Source: Candidatus Latescibacterota bacterium
GTDB lineage: Bacteria > Latescibacterota > UBA2968 > UBA8231
Direction of reading: 5' to 3'
Assembly (NCBI GenBank): GCA_965248265.1
Contig: CBDFJF010000002.1
Coordinates: 3,328,001-3,392,000 of the forward strand
Length of the DNA stretch: 64,000 nucleotides
Shown in pieces: positions 37,451 to 47,478 of the stretch. Numbering within the stretch: the first letter of the stretch is position 1; each line of letters opens with the position of its first letter. Made by a program: the position numbers and the translations under genes. A model generated the notes under the pieces. It saw nothing but the letters and a program-made list of their open reading frames with translations, was not told the origin of the DNA and made no database searches.

Positions 37451-38515
37451 TCAGTTAGAAGACTCGAATGCGTGAACGGTGTCGATCAACCGCTTCACCT
37501 GGTCGTATGGTGTTTCCGGATGCACGCCATGGCCGAGATTGAACACATGAGGCCGGCCGGCCGTCACCGTTAGCAGTTCCGTGGCGACGGATTCGACGTG
37601 CTCTGGTGACCCGAAGAGCGCGCAAGGATTCAGGTTACCCTGCAATGCGTGCGGCTTCTTGCCTTCCAGTAGACGAAAAGCGTTGGCGATGTCCGTGCGC
37701 CAGTCCACGCTGAGCGCCTCCACCGCCAATTCGCCGATTTCATCGAGCAGGTGAGTCGCTCCCAACCCGAAATATATACGCGGTACCCCAGACGACTCCA
37801 GCGCCGCGAATACGCGGTCGAGGTACGGCCGGCAGATACCGACGAATTCGTCCGTGGACAGGACTCCGACGCAGGTATCGAACAGCTGAACTACCTGAAC
37901 CCCTGCCCGCACCTGCATCTGCAGGTAGGCGATGGTGATGTCGGTGAGTCTCGACATCAGCGCATGGGCGCAGTCTGCATCGTGGTGAAGCATGCGGCGG
38001 AAAAGTGAGTACTCCTTGGCGCTGCCACCCTCCACGAGGTAGGTGGCAAGGGTAAACGGGGCGCCTGCGAAACCGATGAGCGGTACAGATGGGGGAAGGG
38101 CGCGCCCGATTTCCCCGATCGCTTGAACCACGTGAGACAATTCTTGTTCGGGATCGTATTCGCGCATGCCTGTGACATCGTTTCGCGTGCGTAGCGGTGA
38201 ACCGATGGTCGGCCCCGGGGCGAAGACGATGTCACACCCCATCGGCATCACTGGAGTAAAGATGTCGGCGAAGAGGATGGCTGCGTCGACCTCCAGCATG
38301 TCTACGGGCATCAAGGTGATCTGTGTGACCAGCTCAGGATCATCGAACAGAGCTTGAATCGAGCCAGTCTTTTCCTTGAGTTGTCTGTACGGTTCCAGGA
38401 TGCGGCCGGCCTGCCGCATCAACCAGATTGGTCGGATCGACGGGACGCCGCCGGAGAGTGCCTGCAGCAGTGGGGGAACCGGTGTGGTGGTGGAAGGGGT
38501 TACCAATTCGGGCAC
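37451..38515 (-). CDS. hemE: uroporphyrinogen decarboxylase
   Basis: PIWLMRQAGR, DAAILFAD, LIGFAGAPFTLATY, LQGNL, FNLGHG. Confidence 0.95.
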   Translation of the reverse strand: MPELVTPSTTTPVPPLLQALSGGVPSIRPIWLMRQAGRILEPYRQLKEKTGSIQALFDDPELVTQITLMPVDMLEVDAAILFADIFTPVMPMGCDIVFAPGPTIGSPLRTRNDVTGMREYDPEQELSHVVQAIGEIGRALPPSVPLIGFAGAPFTLATYLVEGGSAKEYSLFRRMLHHDADCAHALMSRLTDITIAYLQMQVRAGVQVVQLFDTCVGVLSTDEFVGICRPYLDRVFAALESSGVPRIYFGLGATHLLDEIGELAVEALSVDWRTDIANAFRLLEGKKPHALQGNLNPCALFGSPEHVESVATELLTVTAGRPHVFNLGHGVHPETPYDQVKRLIDTVHAFESSN

Positions 38516-39981
38516 ACGCCCAACGAGCTGTGGCGCGTGGTTCGGCCCAGGTCGCGGACCCTCACTCCCTCCTCGGCGTAGTAGACACAGATATAGTCGT
38601 TCCGGGCAGGGCTGGTTGAGGTCCAGTCCAGGGTCTGGCGCTGCGGAGTCACATTGAGTGCCATGCGGCAGACCAGCAGATCATACACGGCCTCCACAAG
38701 AGTACGGCGCCGGATCATGTGCGAGGGGATTCCGAGACTCGTCGCCAGGTATCGCAGGTACTGGTTCTGCTCCATGAAATTCTTGCCGATACTCTCGCGC
38801 GGAGATTCCTGTGAGATCAAAGCCCACCCCGGCTCCGGAGTCTCCGAAGTCATGAACGCACTTCCCCGGTACCTGCCCAGCTCCTGGATCTGGCCGAAGA
38901 GGGCGGGAAACGCCTTGGCCAGCGTCAATACGGTGCATGGCTGGTTAACCCCCTTGTGGACGAAGCGGGGGATCCGTGGAATCAAGGTGAACTGTTTCTC
39001 GGCGAGCTTACTGTTGCGCAGACTGGCTACGACCTTGTCGCTCAGCTTGGCTCGCAGGCGCTGTTGCAGTTGGATCAGGTCATCCTTCTGCAGCGACAAG
39101 TCCAGTGCCGCCTGAACATCTTCGAGGCTGATCTTGTGCGCGAAGATGTCGATCTCATTTTCCTGCGGCTCCGGCGGTCTTCCTCTGGCAGGTCGGCTGC
39201 CATCTGCTGCCGCCTCTCCCTGGCGGGGGAGGCCTCCGTGAGCAGAATCCTGGTTGCCGTCAGGTACCGATTGAATGCCGGGGGTGGAATCAGCAAACAG
39301 GTCGTCGCTTGACCCTCCCATCGGGGATGCCTCGGCCTCATTGAATCCCTCGAATGAGGCCGCAGGTCCGGCCTCCTCCGCCTCATCGTCGTCGAATACC
39401 TCGAACAGGGCAGCAGACTCGGTTTCAGTAGCGCCGGTCGATGCGCCTGCGTCTGCTTCCTCCTCATCGACCAGACCGGAAAAGGCGAACGAACTGGAAT
39501 CTGGAGTCTCGTGGCCATTGTCGGAGACCGTATCCGCCTGGCCCAGTTCAAAGAGCGCAGGGTCCGGCGCGGTTGCCACGTCGATTTCCTCCTCCTCCTC
39601 CACTTCTTCCTCTTCAAACAGACTGTCGGCCATTTCAGGAAAGGCGTCGCCATCAGCTCCGGCATCCACCGAGAGCACCACGTCTTCCTCGGGCGCTTCT
39701 TCGATCTCTTCCACCGGGTCGGGCAGCAGGGAAGCGAACTTGTGCAGAATCTCATCGATGCGGCTGCCGACTCGACCGTTGACGTCGAATTTGGTTTTGG
39801 CCTGCTGCAGCGCGCTCAGAGCAGTGGTCAGATCATCCTCAGACAAGCCCTCTCCCAGTTCCTCCAGCGGATCCAGCAGGTCAGACGTCCATTGGGTCAC
39901 CAGAAGGCGATCCTCCGTTCGCTCGATGTAACTCTCGAGCGAACGGATCTCGTTCTTTAGTTGTTGAGAGATATCGTCCAA
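38500..39981 (-). CDS. hypothetical protein: helical N-terminus, long acidic linker, conserved-looking C-terminal domain
   Basis: 493-aa ORF with a D/E-rich middle; C-terminus aligns by eye with that of 40115-41362. Confidence 0.75.
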   Translation of the reverse strand: MDDISQQLKNEIRSLESYIERTEDRLLVTQWTSDLLDPLEELGEGLSEDDLTTALSALQQAKTKFDVNGRVGSRIDEILHKFASLLPDPVEEIEEAPEEDVVLSVDAGADGDAFPEMADSLFEEEEVEEEEEIDVATAPDPALFELGQADTVSDNGHETPDSSSFAFSGLVDEEEADAGASTGATETESAALFEVFDDDEAEEAGPAASFEGFNEAEASPMGGSSDDLFADSTPGIQSVPDGNQDSAHGGLPRQGEAAADGSRPARGRPPEPQENEIDIFAHKISLEDVQAALDLSLQKDDLIQLQQRLRAKLSDKVVASLRNSKLAEKQFTLIPRIPRFVHKGVNQPCTVLTLAKAFPALFGQIQELGRYRGSAFMTSETPEPGWALISQESPRESIGKNFMEQNQYLRYLATSLGIPSHMIRRRTLVEAVYDLLVCRMALNVTPQRQTLDWTSTSPARNDYICVYYAEEGVRVRDLGRTTRHSSLGVCPNW

Positions 39982-40114
39982 AACAGACTCAGCCAGTTGG
40001 GCGCCTTGAATGCGAGGCCGCGCGAATGCTCAAACACGTCATAAAATACAGTGCCATAAGTAGTTGTACTGATTAAACCTACTGAATCGAAGCTGGATTT
40101 TCAACCAGGTGCGT

Positions 40115-41362
40115 TCAGGAGGATTCGAACACAACCGACACCAGCACTCCCGGCCACCGTGCCTTTCCCGGTCGCCAATGAGGTACACCGTGTTTTCCGG
40201 AAATGCGGATAATACCATCCTTGATATAGACGTAGACCTGCTTCTTCGATCGGTCTCCGTCGTTGTGGTAGGTCGTGCGGGTGATGCTGTTGCAGCTGTC
40301 GAAGAATTCGTCCTGTTCGAGGGCGTGCTTGAGAATGACCCGGTCGTAGACGTCTTCAAGAGCCGACTTCTGTTTGAGGAATCCCGGTGGCAGTTCGTTG
40401 GCGCGGGCGTACATCATCAGTCGCATACCGGGTTTCTTGAAGGTGCAGTTGAGGTATTGGCGATCCACCAGGCACCAGTGCGACCTGGCGATCGGATCCC
40501 GGAATAGGGGAAGGCGCGCGTACCACAGCGTCTTCTCTGAACTCGTCATGAAGGAGCTGGAAAAACGGTGCTTGAGCGCTTCGATCGTGCAGGCCTCGGC
40601 TTCGTTTCCATCCGAGCCGGGAAGAAGCGCACAGCGGTAGAGCAGGGCGTAATCCTTGAATGCCTTGCGCAGAGCACGAACGCGATTGGCGCGCACATGG
40701 GGACGTAACTGGGGACGCTCGAACAACAGTTTCCACAAGCTTTCGAGTTTCTCCGAGGCCTCGGAGAGCTGCCCGTCGTCGAGAGGATGTCCCAAAGCTT
40801 GTCCCAGGCGGTTCGTGTCGACGAAGCGCGATCCCAGTATGAGTCGCATGCGCTCGGCGACTGGCAGGTCGATGAGTTTGGCTTGCGTTCCACCTGTCGA
40901 GATGGGCTCGGCGACATCCTCCTCTTCGTCGTCGTCCTCCTCGTCGCTGACGTAAAGCTTGCGGTCCTTCTTGACGGCGGCGATCTCACCTTGAAGCTGG
41001 TTTATCAGTCCAGGGTCCACATCGGAGATCGAACCGCTCAGGTCCTCGACTTCGGCCAAATCCTGAGCCAACTCCTGCTGCAAGCCCTGAATCTGCTCGC
41101 GTCGGTCGATTATTCGGTCAACGGGGTTGAGTAACCGACGCAGGGATACCAGACGATCGATGTAGGGTTTGGTGGAATGCGCGATGTGGTGGCTGAGTTC
41201 GAGGTCCTGTACCGGATTGTGCTTGCCTTCCACGAGCTCAGTAATCCGGTGGGCGAGATCAACGATCTTCGCCCTCACGCCGGCTGGCGGCGATGCCCCT
41301 GTTGTCGGCGAGGATATATCGTCGTCGGTGATGGGGCCATTGTCGTTTTCAGAATCAGCCAT
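40115..41362 (-). CDS. hypothetical protein: coiled-coil N-terminus, acidic patch, C-terminal domain paralogous to 38500-39981
   Basis: Start MADSEN with GAGAG upstream; shared CT..L...F, W.L, E.VYD...AL and VY....R motifs. Confidence 0.75.
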   Translation of the reverse strand: MADSENDNGPITDDDISSPTTGASPPAGVRAKIVDLAHRITELVEGKHNPVQDLELSHHIAHSTKPYIDRLVSLRRLLNPVDRIIDRREQIQGLQQELAQDLAEVEDLSGSISDVDPGLINQLQGEIAAVKKDRKLYVSDEEDDDEEEDVAEPISTGGTQAKLIDLPVAERMRLILGSRFVDTNRLGQALGHPLDDGQLSEASEKLESLWKLLFERPQLRPHVRANRVRALRKAFKDYALLYRCALLPGSDGNEAEACTIEALKHRFSSSFMTSSEKTLWYARLPLFRDPIARSHWCLVDRQYLNCTFKKPGMRLMMYARANELPPGFLKQKSALEDVYDRVILKHALEQDEFFDSCNSITRTTYHNDGDRSKKQVYVYIKDGIIRISGKHGVPHWRPGKARWPGVLVSVVFESS

Positions 41363-41445
41363 GTGTCTCTCAGTCCGCGGACCGCGATCAATCAGGATGG
41401 AGACACCCACCTCACCAGGGCCGAAGGCCTTGCCCAATGCCGCGG

Positions 41446-44253
41446 TTAGTTTCCGGGCTCTACCATCCACTCCGGCAACGTGATACGGAAGCGGTAGATG
41501 TCGGTTTCCGGCTTCAAGGAGATAACCGGATCCGTGATGCCGCTCGCGATCACCTCTTCCTCTTCATCGGAACGAGAGGCCAAAATCCTTAATGGCGGCA
41601 TGCGGCGACCGGGCCAGAGGAGGGCTGGCTCAATCTCGATCTCTTCCGTGCACTCCACTGGGTAGACGTCAATGCGCCAATTTTTCTCCCGCAGGAGGAC
41701 GGCTCCCTGCAGTTTGAGGGCACCTACCGCTCGGGTGTGATCGCGCGTGTCGCAGTACAGATATTGGTCTGTGCGCGCGTAATCGATGCGACCGTCGCCG
41801 TCATCGGCTGAGAACACGAGAAAGTCGTCCGGGTCGTAGGCGAGAAACGATGCGGGAGGCAATCGATAGGTAGTGCCGGCGTGCTCGACCGACCAATCCT
41901 GCTCCCAACTGCCATTGACATGGATGTTGAGCCCGTTGGTGTATTCGACTTGAACCTGGCTGTCTTCATACGCTCCTGACACCAGTGCTTCAGTCGGTTC
42001 GATCAAGTTACCGCCGTGGTGGTAGAGGATCGACTTTACTTCGACGCCGAGGTATTGTGTCTGCAGTTTCTGCAGCAGATAGTAGGTTTTCACCAGGGCA
42101 GGAAGACCCCACTCCTTCTGGTCGGGCAAGCACGCGGCGTGACCGTAGGCGACGGTCGTAGCCAGGTAGCGGTCGAACCAGGCACTGCGACTGTGCATCT
42201 CCTCGGCAGGGATCTGAGAGCCAAAGAATTGGGAGGGGGTACCGACTCCGGCGTCAATCTCGAATGGGTGCAGGAAACGCAGAGCGAAATCAACGAGTAA
42301 GGGTTGCTTATGCGGGCTTGGGCCTGCCATGCGGGCCAGGTATCCAGAGAGCAAACCGCGATACAGCCAATGTGTGCCGCCGTCACCCACCACCCCCTCT
42401 GGGCTGGACTGTGCAATCTGGGTCATCATGGACTGTTCGGCGAACAGGGTATCGCGATATCGAGCGGGGCGTTCCAGGCGGTCGTCGAAATCAACTCTCT
42501 CCCAGGGAGGCGCTGCCCCGTGGGTGCCGACGTACGGAACACTCCGCGGGTATCTCGACCGCAGCATCTGACCATAGTCTGAGGCGGTTTTCACGGCCTC
42601 GGTTGGTTTCAGCAGATAACGCCCCGGGCCCGTTTTGGTCCAGGATCCGTTCGAGTCGATGCCGACGAGGTCGGGATCCCAGGAGGGGTCCAGCGGCGCG
42701 ACATCGGTAAGGGCGGAGTACACCGAATAACTGTACCCGAGGTCATCGACCGCCTCCAGGTACTCGTCCAGGGCATCGCTGCCACCCTTCATGGTGGCCC
42801 CCTGGAGGCCCAGCGCGCTGTGGGCGTCCCCGTCATGCCAAAGCTCGGCAGGATGATTCACCAGCACCGAGTCCATGCCGAGTTGTTTGCACATCAACAG
42901 TCGCTCGTAGGCCTCGACGTAGGCTTCCTCTTGCGGTTGCAGCGCGGGGAGGTTGTACCAGACGAGTTCGCGCAGTCCTTCCCACGTTGGCATCGAGGTC
43001 GGCGTCGGAAGAGTCGGAAGGACCTCGTCGAACTGCCGGGACACGGTCAGGATCCATCGCTCCTTGAAGGCGGCTCGCTTGCCGTCAGTGGCAGGCTCGT
43101 ATCGACATCCCCCATTGAGCTTCAGTTGCGGGGTCTCTTCGTCGGAAAGCCCGCGCAGGACTGATGCAGAAGACTCGTACCAATCCAAAAAACTCGACAC
43201 GAATACGCCTGATGTGCACAACAGAGCTGGCTGTCCTTCTCCGAAGTTGAAGTACGGGATTCGGATGAGGCGTGGATGCACAGCTCCGGAGACATACCCC
43301 AGATCGACGCCGGCGGCTTTGCCGTTGCCCCCTTCGAGTTCCACGATCAGTGTCTTGCCCTGGATGCGCAGACGGTACAGGAAGTCGGCGAGCTCCTCCT
43401 CGTATTTCCACTGCCAGCGAGCCTCCACACACTCTCCGACCTGCTCGCAAGAGACCAGGTGACGTTCCACCGTGTCGTCGTCTGCCGTCCAGATTTGACC
43501 GCCCATTTCAATCGAGATCCCGCCATGTTCGGCTAGCTTGATCGGCTCCGCGTTGTTGACTTCGACTTCTATGTCGGACAGGTTGCCGTCGATAGGGGTG
43601 TACACGTAGCGGACCACGGCGGATAACGAGCGGGCCTCGAAAAAGAACGAGATCCCGTCATGATCGATGCTGTTGGTAAGCTCCTCCTCGACCTTGGGCA
43701 GCATGGATTGTGGCTCGGTATACAGCGATGGTGCCGCTGGGACCGGCTCTAACGAGGATAGAGAGGTACCGGTCTGAAAACCGACGCCACCAATCCGAAT
43801 TTCCTGGTCCTCTCGGCAGAGAATGCCGCGGAGCGTGAGTCCGGCCAGCTCGCCTTTGCGAAGAGTCTCTCCAGCCTGTAGTAGGTGCCAGCCGGTGAAA
43901 TCCAGCGAGCCGAGAACATGCTCTTCCCCATCTGAGGAAAGCAATATCAGGTCGGGCAGATGCTGAGGATCAAAAGGGGTGCCTACGTAAATCCATACCA
44001 GGGTGGCGCTGGTATCGGTGGGTAGACGAATGGGCTCCAGCGGTCGCAAGACCACATCGCCAGCGCCGGACACCGTCAAGTTCAACGCTGGAGGCTGATC
44101 GTCGGTGTCCTCGTATTCAGCCGGGGGGAATACGGTTCCGGTGGTTCCGTCTCTGAAGTCGACTTCCCAGGTGTCCAGAGTATCGACGACGCAAGATTGG
44201 GGAAATCGAGTGGCGAGATTACCGTCGACTTGCTCATCCATTTGGATGGCCAT
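41446..44253 (-). CDS. large acidic protein, possibly glycoside-hydrolase-like (TIM barrel plus beta domains)
   Basis: About 935-aa ORF without signal peptide; GG.DAL..Y...V..LGY segment, PWERVDFD, AYGH, YYLLQKLQ..Y and Y.NG..I.VNG resemble GH101/GH129-like uncharacterised proteins. Confidence 0.55.
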   Translation of the reverse strand: MAIQMDEQVDGNLATRFPQSCVVDTLDTWEVDFRDGTTGTVFPPAEYEDTDDQPPALNLTVSGAGDVVLRPLEPIRLPTDTSATLVWIYVGTPFDPQHLPDLILLSSDGEEHVLGSLDFTGWHLLQAGETLRKGELAGLTLRGILCREDQEIRIGGVGFQTGTSLSSLEPVPAAPSLYTEPQSMLPKVEEELTNSIDHDGISFFFEARSLSAVVRYVYTPIDGNLSDIEVEVNNAEPIKLAEHGGISIEMGGQIWTADDDTVERHLVSCEQVGECVEARWQWKYEEELADFLYRLRIQGKTLIVELEGGNGKAAGVDLGYVSGAVHPRLIRIPYFNFGEGQPALLCTSGVFVSSFLDWYESSASVLRGLSDEETPQLKLNGGCRYEPATDGKRAAFKERWILTVSRQFDEVLPTLPTPTSMPTWEGLRELVWYNLPALQPQEEAYVEAYERLLMCKQLGMDSVLVNHPAELWHDGDAHSALGLQGATMKGGSDALDEYLEAVDDLGYSYSVYSALTDVAPLDPSWDPDLVGIDSNGSWTKTGPGRYLLKPTEAVKTASDYGQMLRSRYPRSVPYVGTHGAAPPWERVDFDDRLERPARYRDTLFAEQSMMTQIAQSSPEGVVGDGGTHWLYRGLLSGYLARMAGPSPHKQPLLVDFALRFLHPFEIDAGVGTPSQFFGSQIPAEEMHSRSAWFDRYLATTVAYGHAACLPDQKEWGLPALVKTYYLLQKLQTQYLGVEVKSILYHHGGNLIEPTEALVSGAYEDSQVQVEYTNGLNIHVNGSWEQDWSVEHAGTTYRLPPASFLAYDPDDFLVFSADDGDGRIDYARTDQYLYCDTRDHTRAVGALKLQGAVLLREKNWRIDVYPVECTEEIEIEPALLWPGRRMPPLRILASRSDEEEEVIASGITDPVISLKPETDIYRFRITLPEWMVEPGN

Positions 44254-44297
44254 GAATCCTTGTTTCCCCTTTGCGAATGAGTCCTGGCAAACTGGCC

Positions 44298-44326
44298 AAG
44301 ATAGTGGAACTGACAATGAGTGTCAA
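44298..44326 (-). promoter_or_regulatory. sigma70 promoter of the 44253-to-37205 minus-strand gene run
   Basis: Minus strand TTGACA-17-TATCTT. Confidence 0.6.
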
Positions 44327-44394
44327 GGTGGTAGCGACTCCGTTGACAGCCTCTGCACACGAGGCATCTTCTTGTGGGGCAAGGAGGTTGGTTC

Positions 44395-45624
44395 ATGAAC
44401 AGGGAGTTCGACACGCTCGTCATCGGCGGCGGCGCGGCGGGGTTGATGGCCGCCCTGAGCGCTGCAGAGGCGGGCCAGTCCGTGATCTTGCTCGAGGCCA
44501 ATGAGCAGCTCGGTAGGAAAATCCTGATCTCGGGAAACGGCCGCTGCAATATCACCAACGTCGATGGCGACGAGCTGTCACACTTTCACGGTGCCAACCC
44601 ACGCTTCGTCGGCACCGTGCTGGAGCAGCTACCGGTGAAGGAGACGCTCGCCTTGTTCGATGATCTCGGCATTGCCACCAAGCAGGAAAAACGTGGGCGA
44701 CTGTTCCCGGTGTCCGATCAGGCGCGCTCCGTCGTCGATGTTCTCGAGGATCGGGTACTGCATCGCGGTGGACGGATTGCGATTGGGGCGCGAGTTGAGA
44801 CGCTGGATCGCAGTGATGCTTATGAGGTGCGGTGCGCTGATGGCCGGCGCTGGCGCGGTGCCAGAGTTATCATGGCCAGTGGTGGTGTCAGTGTTCCCAA
44901 GATGGGAGCGGACGACAGCGGTATGCAGCTGGTTGAGGGCATGGGGCACACTCGCACGCCTCTCTATCCCGGTCTGGTTGCCCTCAACAGCGATAATCTT
45001 CAAGTGCAGCGCATGCACGGTCTCAAGGTGTGGGCTCAGGTCTCGGCGCCGCTGTCATCCGGGCGCCTCATCGTCGACACGGATGATCTGCTCTTCGCGA
45101 AGTACGGTGTTTCCGGTTTCACCATTCTGAATCTGAGCGCAACGCTGGTTGATGAACTGTGCAAGGGCCCGGTGGAGCTCTCGATAAATCTGATGCCGGG
45201 GTGCCGTGCGGAGGAGGTCTCTGAGTTGTTGAAGAACAGATGGGAGAGGAATCCACATCGGTCGCTCGAGTTGAGTTTCGCCGGTTTGTTGACCACCAAG
45301 CTGACACGACCTCTTCTGGCTGGCAATGGTTTTGAGCGGGAAACGAGTGTGCAGGCCATATCCAAGGCCCAACGCTGGCAGCTGGCGCAGCTACTGACCG
45401 ATTGGCGTGTCGTCGTCACCGGTCCGCGACCGTTCGAGTACGCCGAAGTCACGATTGGAGGTATTCACAGCGCTGAGATAGACCCGCACAGCCTCGAATC
45501 CTACGTCGCTCCCGGCTTGTATCTCACCGGGGAGATGATCGACGTACACGGAGACCTGGGTGGCTATAATTTTCAGTGGGCCTGGTCGAGCGGTTGGGTC
45601 GCCGGTCGAGGATTTAGCAACTAA
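44395..45624 (+). CDS. HI0933/BaiN-family flavoprotein
   Basis: IGGGAAG, GRKILISGNGRCN, GRLFP, VTIGG, GGYNFQWAWSSG. Confidence 0.92.
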   Translation: MNREFDTLVIGGGAAGLMAALSAAEAGQSVILLEANEQLGRKILISGNGRCNITNVDGDELSHFHGANPRFVGTVLEQLPVKETLALFDDLGIATKQEKRGRLFPVSDQARSVVDVLEDRVLHRGGRIAIGARVETLDRSDAYEVRCADGRRWRGARVIMASGGVSVPKMGADDSGMQLVEGMGHTRTPLYPGLVALNSDNLQVQRMHGLKVWAQVSAPLSSGRLIVDTDDLLFAKYGVSGFTILNLSATLVDELCKGPVELSINLMPGCRAEEVSELLKNRWERNPHRSLELSFAGLLTTKLTRPLLAGNGFERETSVQAISKAQRWQLAQLLTDWRVVVTGPRPFEYAEVTIGGIHSAEIDPHSLESYVAPGLYLTGEMIDVHGDLGGYNFQWAWSSGWVAGRGFSN

Positions 45625-45643
45625 CTACCGGAGGTCGCTTTCG

Positions 45644-45672
45644 TTGACACTCCCGGAACACCCGGTTACAAT
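45644..45672 (+). promoter_or_regulatory. sigma70 promoter, probably giving a leaderless or near-leaderless mRNA
   Basis: TTGACA-17-TACAAT ending 9 nt before ATG 45682; no SD present. Confidence 0.65.
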
Positions 45673-45681
45673 GAATTCCGC

Positions 45682-46287
45682 ATGACGCAGACGCCCGATA
45701 TCGCCGCCGTGATTCTGGCGGCTGGAATGTCGACTCGAATGGGGGGAAGGCTGAAGCAGCTTCTGCCTTTCGGAACCGATGAACGGCCCATGATCGACGT
45801 GGTCGTCAGCCGCGTTGTGGCCCAAGTCGATCGCGTCATCGTCGTTCTCGGCCACCGGGCCGATGATATCGCACCGCTGCTGAAGGATTACAGCGCGGAG
45901 TTGGTGGTCAATGAACGATACAAGCAGGGCATGATCACCTCCGTCCAATGTGGGATCAGGGCCGCGGGCGAGGCCCGTGGCTACCTCATTTGCCTGGGCG
46001 ATCAACCCGGGTTGGGCGAACAGACCCTGGGACTCGTGTTGGAACGCGCCAAGCACATGCGCAAAGGGATCGCGATTCCCGTTTGCGATGGACATCGGGG
46101 TCATCCCATTTACTTATCTAAACACTACCGCACCGAGATCCTGGGTTTACCGCACAGCGTCGGCCTGAACCAGGTGACCGGGGCGCATCCCGATGAGACG
46201 GAACAGATTCAAGTGCCGGACGAAAGCATTCTGATCGATGTCGATACGCCACAGGAATACGACGAAACGCGGTATCGCTGGGATTAA
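45682..46287 (+). CDS. molybdenum cofactor cytidylyltransferase-like nucleotidyltransferase (MocA family)
   Basis: ILAAGMSTRMG..KQLL, LGDQP, RGHP, DVDTP; adjacent to xdhC. Confidence 0.88.
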   Translation: MTQTPDIAAVILAAGMSTRMGGRLKQLLPFGTDERPMIDVVVSRVVAQVDRVIVVLGHRADDIAPLLKDYSAELVVNERYKQGMITSVQCGIRAAGEARGYLICLGDQPGLGEQTLGLVLERAKHMRKGIAIPVCDGHRGHPIYLSKHYRTEILGLPHSVGLNQVTGAHPDETEQIQVPDESILIDVDTPQEYDETRYRWD

Positions 46288-46329
46288 TCGACCTTCAGGA
46301 TCCACTACGGAGATAAGCGACAGCATATC

Positions 46330-47478
46330 ATGGAAGACGTAATCAAGGAAGCCGCCGCCATCGAAGGCCGTCACGCGTTGGCCTCACTCGTTGACAGCAG
46401 CGGCTCGATCCCGATGAGCGAGAGAGCGAAGATGCTCGTCGCCGAAGATGGCCAGGTAGTAGGCACCATCGGTGGGGGGTGCCTCGAGGCCGAGATCATC
46501 AACTGCGGCAGGGAAGTGCTGGAGAGTGGTGGTCAGCCGCATGTCACCGAATACACGATGACGGAGGAGCAAGCGGGAGAGAGCGGACTCAATTGCGGTG
46601 GATCGGTCCGTATCTACACCGAGCAGATTGATGACCGTTCAGGGCGCAGAGTGTTCTCCAAGATCATGCAGGCCAAAGCAGAAAGAGTGCCCTGTGTCCT
46701 GGCGACGATCCTTGCCCAACTCGAACCTGGGGACAGCAGCCGGGCTCGAGTCCTCTTTTACGGCGACGGTGCGAGTGTCGGGTCCTTCGGTAACTCGCAA
46801 TTGAATGAAATTGTCCGCGCGCAAGTTGAGGCCGTGTTGATTGAGGAAGAGGCCACCGTCGTACGCCTGGACCCCGGCGAACTTGATGTGGACACGGCGG
46901 CCGGCATTGGCTTAGCTCCCGCGCGTGATGAAGCTGCTGGTGTAGAGGTGTTCCTGGAGCCGTTCGTGCCTCCTCCGGTGCTGTACATCTTCGGCGGCGG
47001 CCATGTGGGAGCTCAGATCGCCCGGTTGGCAAAGAATGTCGGCTTCTACGTCATCGTCGTCGATGACCGTCCCGCTTTCGCCAACAACCAGCGACATCCC
47101 GATGCGGATGAATGTCTGGTGGCCGAAGACATCCCGGCGCTCTTCCACACCCTGCCACTGGACGATCAATCCTACATCGTCGCCGCATCCAGAGGGCATC
47201 AACTGGACGAGGTCGTCGTTCGCGAGGCGGTCCAGCGACCGGCTCGATACATCGGAATGCTGGGTAGCGAACGCAAGAAAGTCATCATGTGGAAACGGAT
47301 CGAGACCGAAGTCGGGGGTCGCGAGCGCCTGGATCAGGTGCATGCCCCGATCGGCTTCAACATCGGGGCTGACAATCCCGAGGAGATCGCCGTCAGCGTG
47401 CTGGCAGAACTGATCGACGTTCGCCGTGGTGACAAGAAGGAGTGGAAGACGAAGAAGAAGCGGGCGTCGTCATCATGA
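46330..47478 (+). CDS. XdhC/CoxI-family molybdoenzyme maturation factor
   Basis: GTIGGGCLE, CGG, IFGGGHV, VDDR, YIGMLGS, APIG..IGA..PEEIA. Confidence 0.92.
   Translation: MEDVIKEAAAIEGRHALASLVDSSGSIPMSERAKMLVAEDGQVVGTIGGGCLEAEIINCGREVLESGGQPHVTEYTMTEEQAGESGLNCGGSVRIYTEQIDDRSGRRVFSKIMQAKAERVPCVLATILAQLEPGDSSRARVLFYGDGASVGSFGNSQLNEIVRAQVEAVLIEEEATVVRLDPGELDVDTAAGIGLAPARDEAAGVEVFLEPFVPPPVLYIFGGGHVGAQIARLAKNVGFYVIVVDDRPAFANNQRHPDADECLVAEDIPALFHTLPLDDQSYIVAASRGHQLDEVVVREAVQRPARYIGMLGSERKKVIMWKRIETEVGGRERLDQVHAPIGFNIGADNPEEIAVSVLAELIDVRRGDKKEWKTKKKRASSS

Noticed and set aside
38500-41362. Diversity-generating retroelement target genes
   Set aside because: No template/variable repeat pair or reverse transcriptase in the window; the similarity is only at the protein level.
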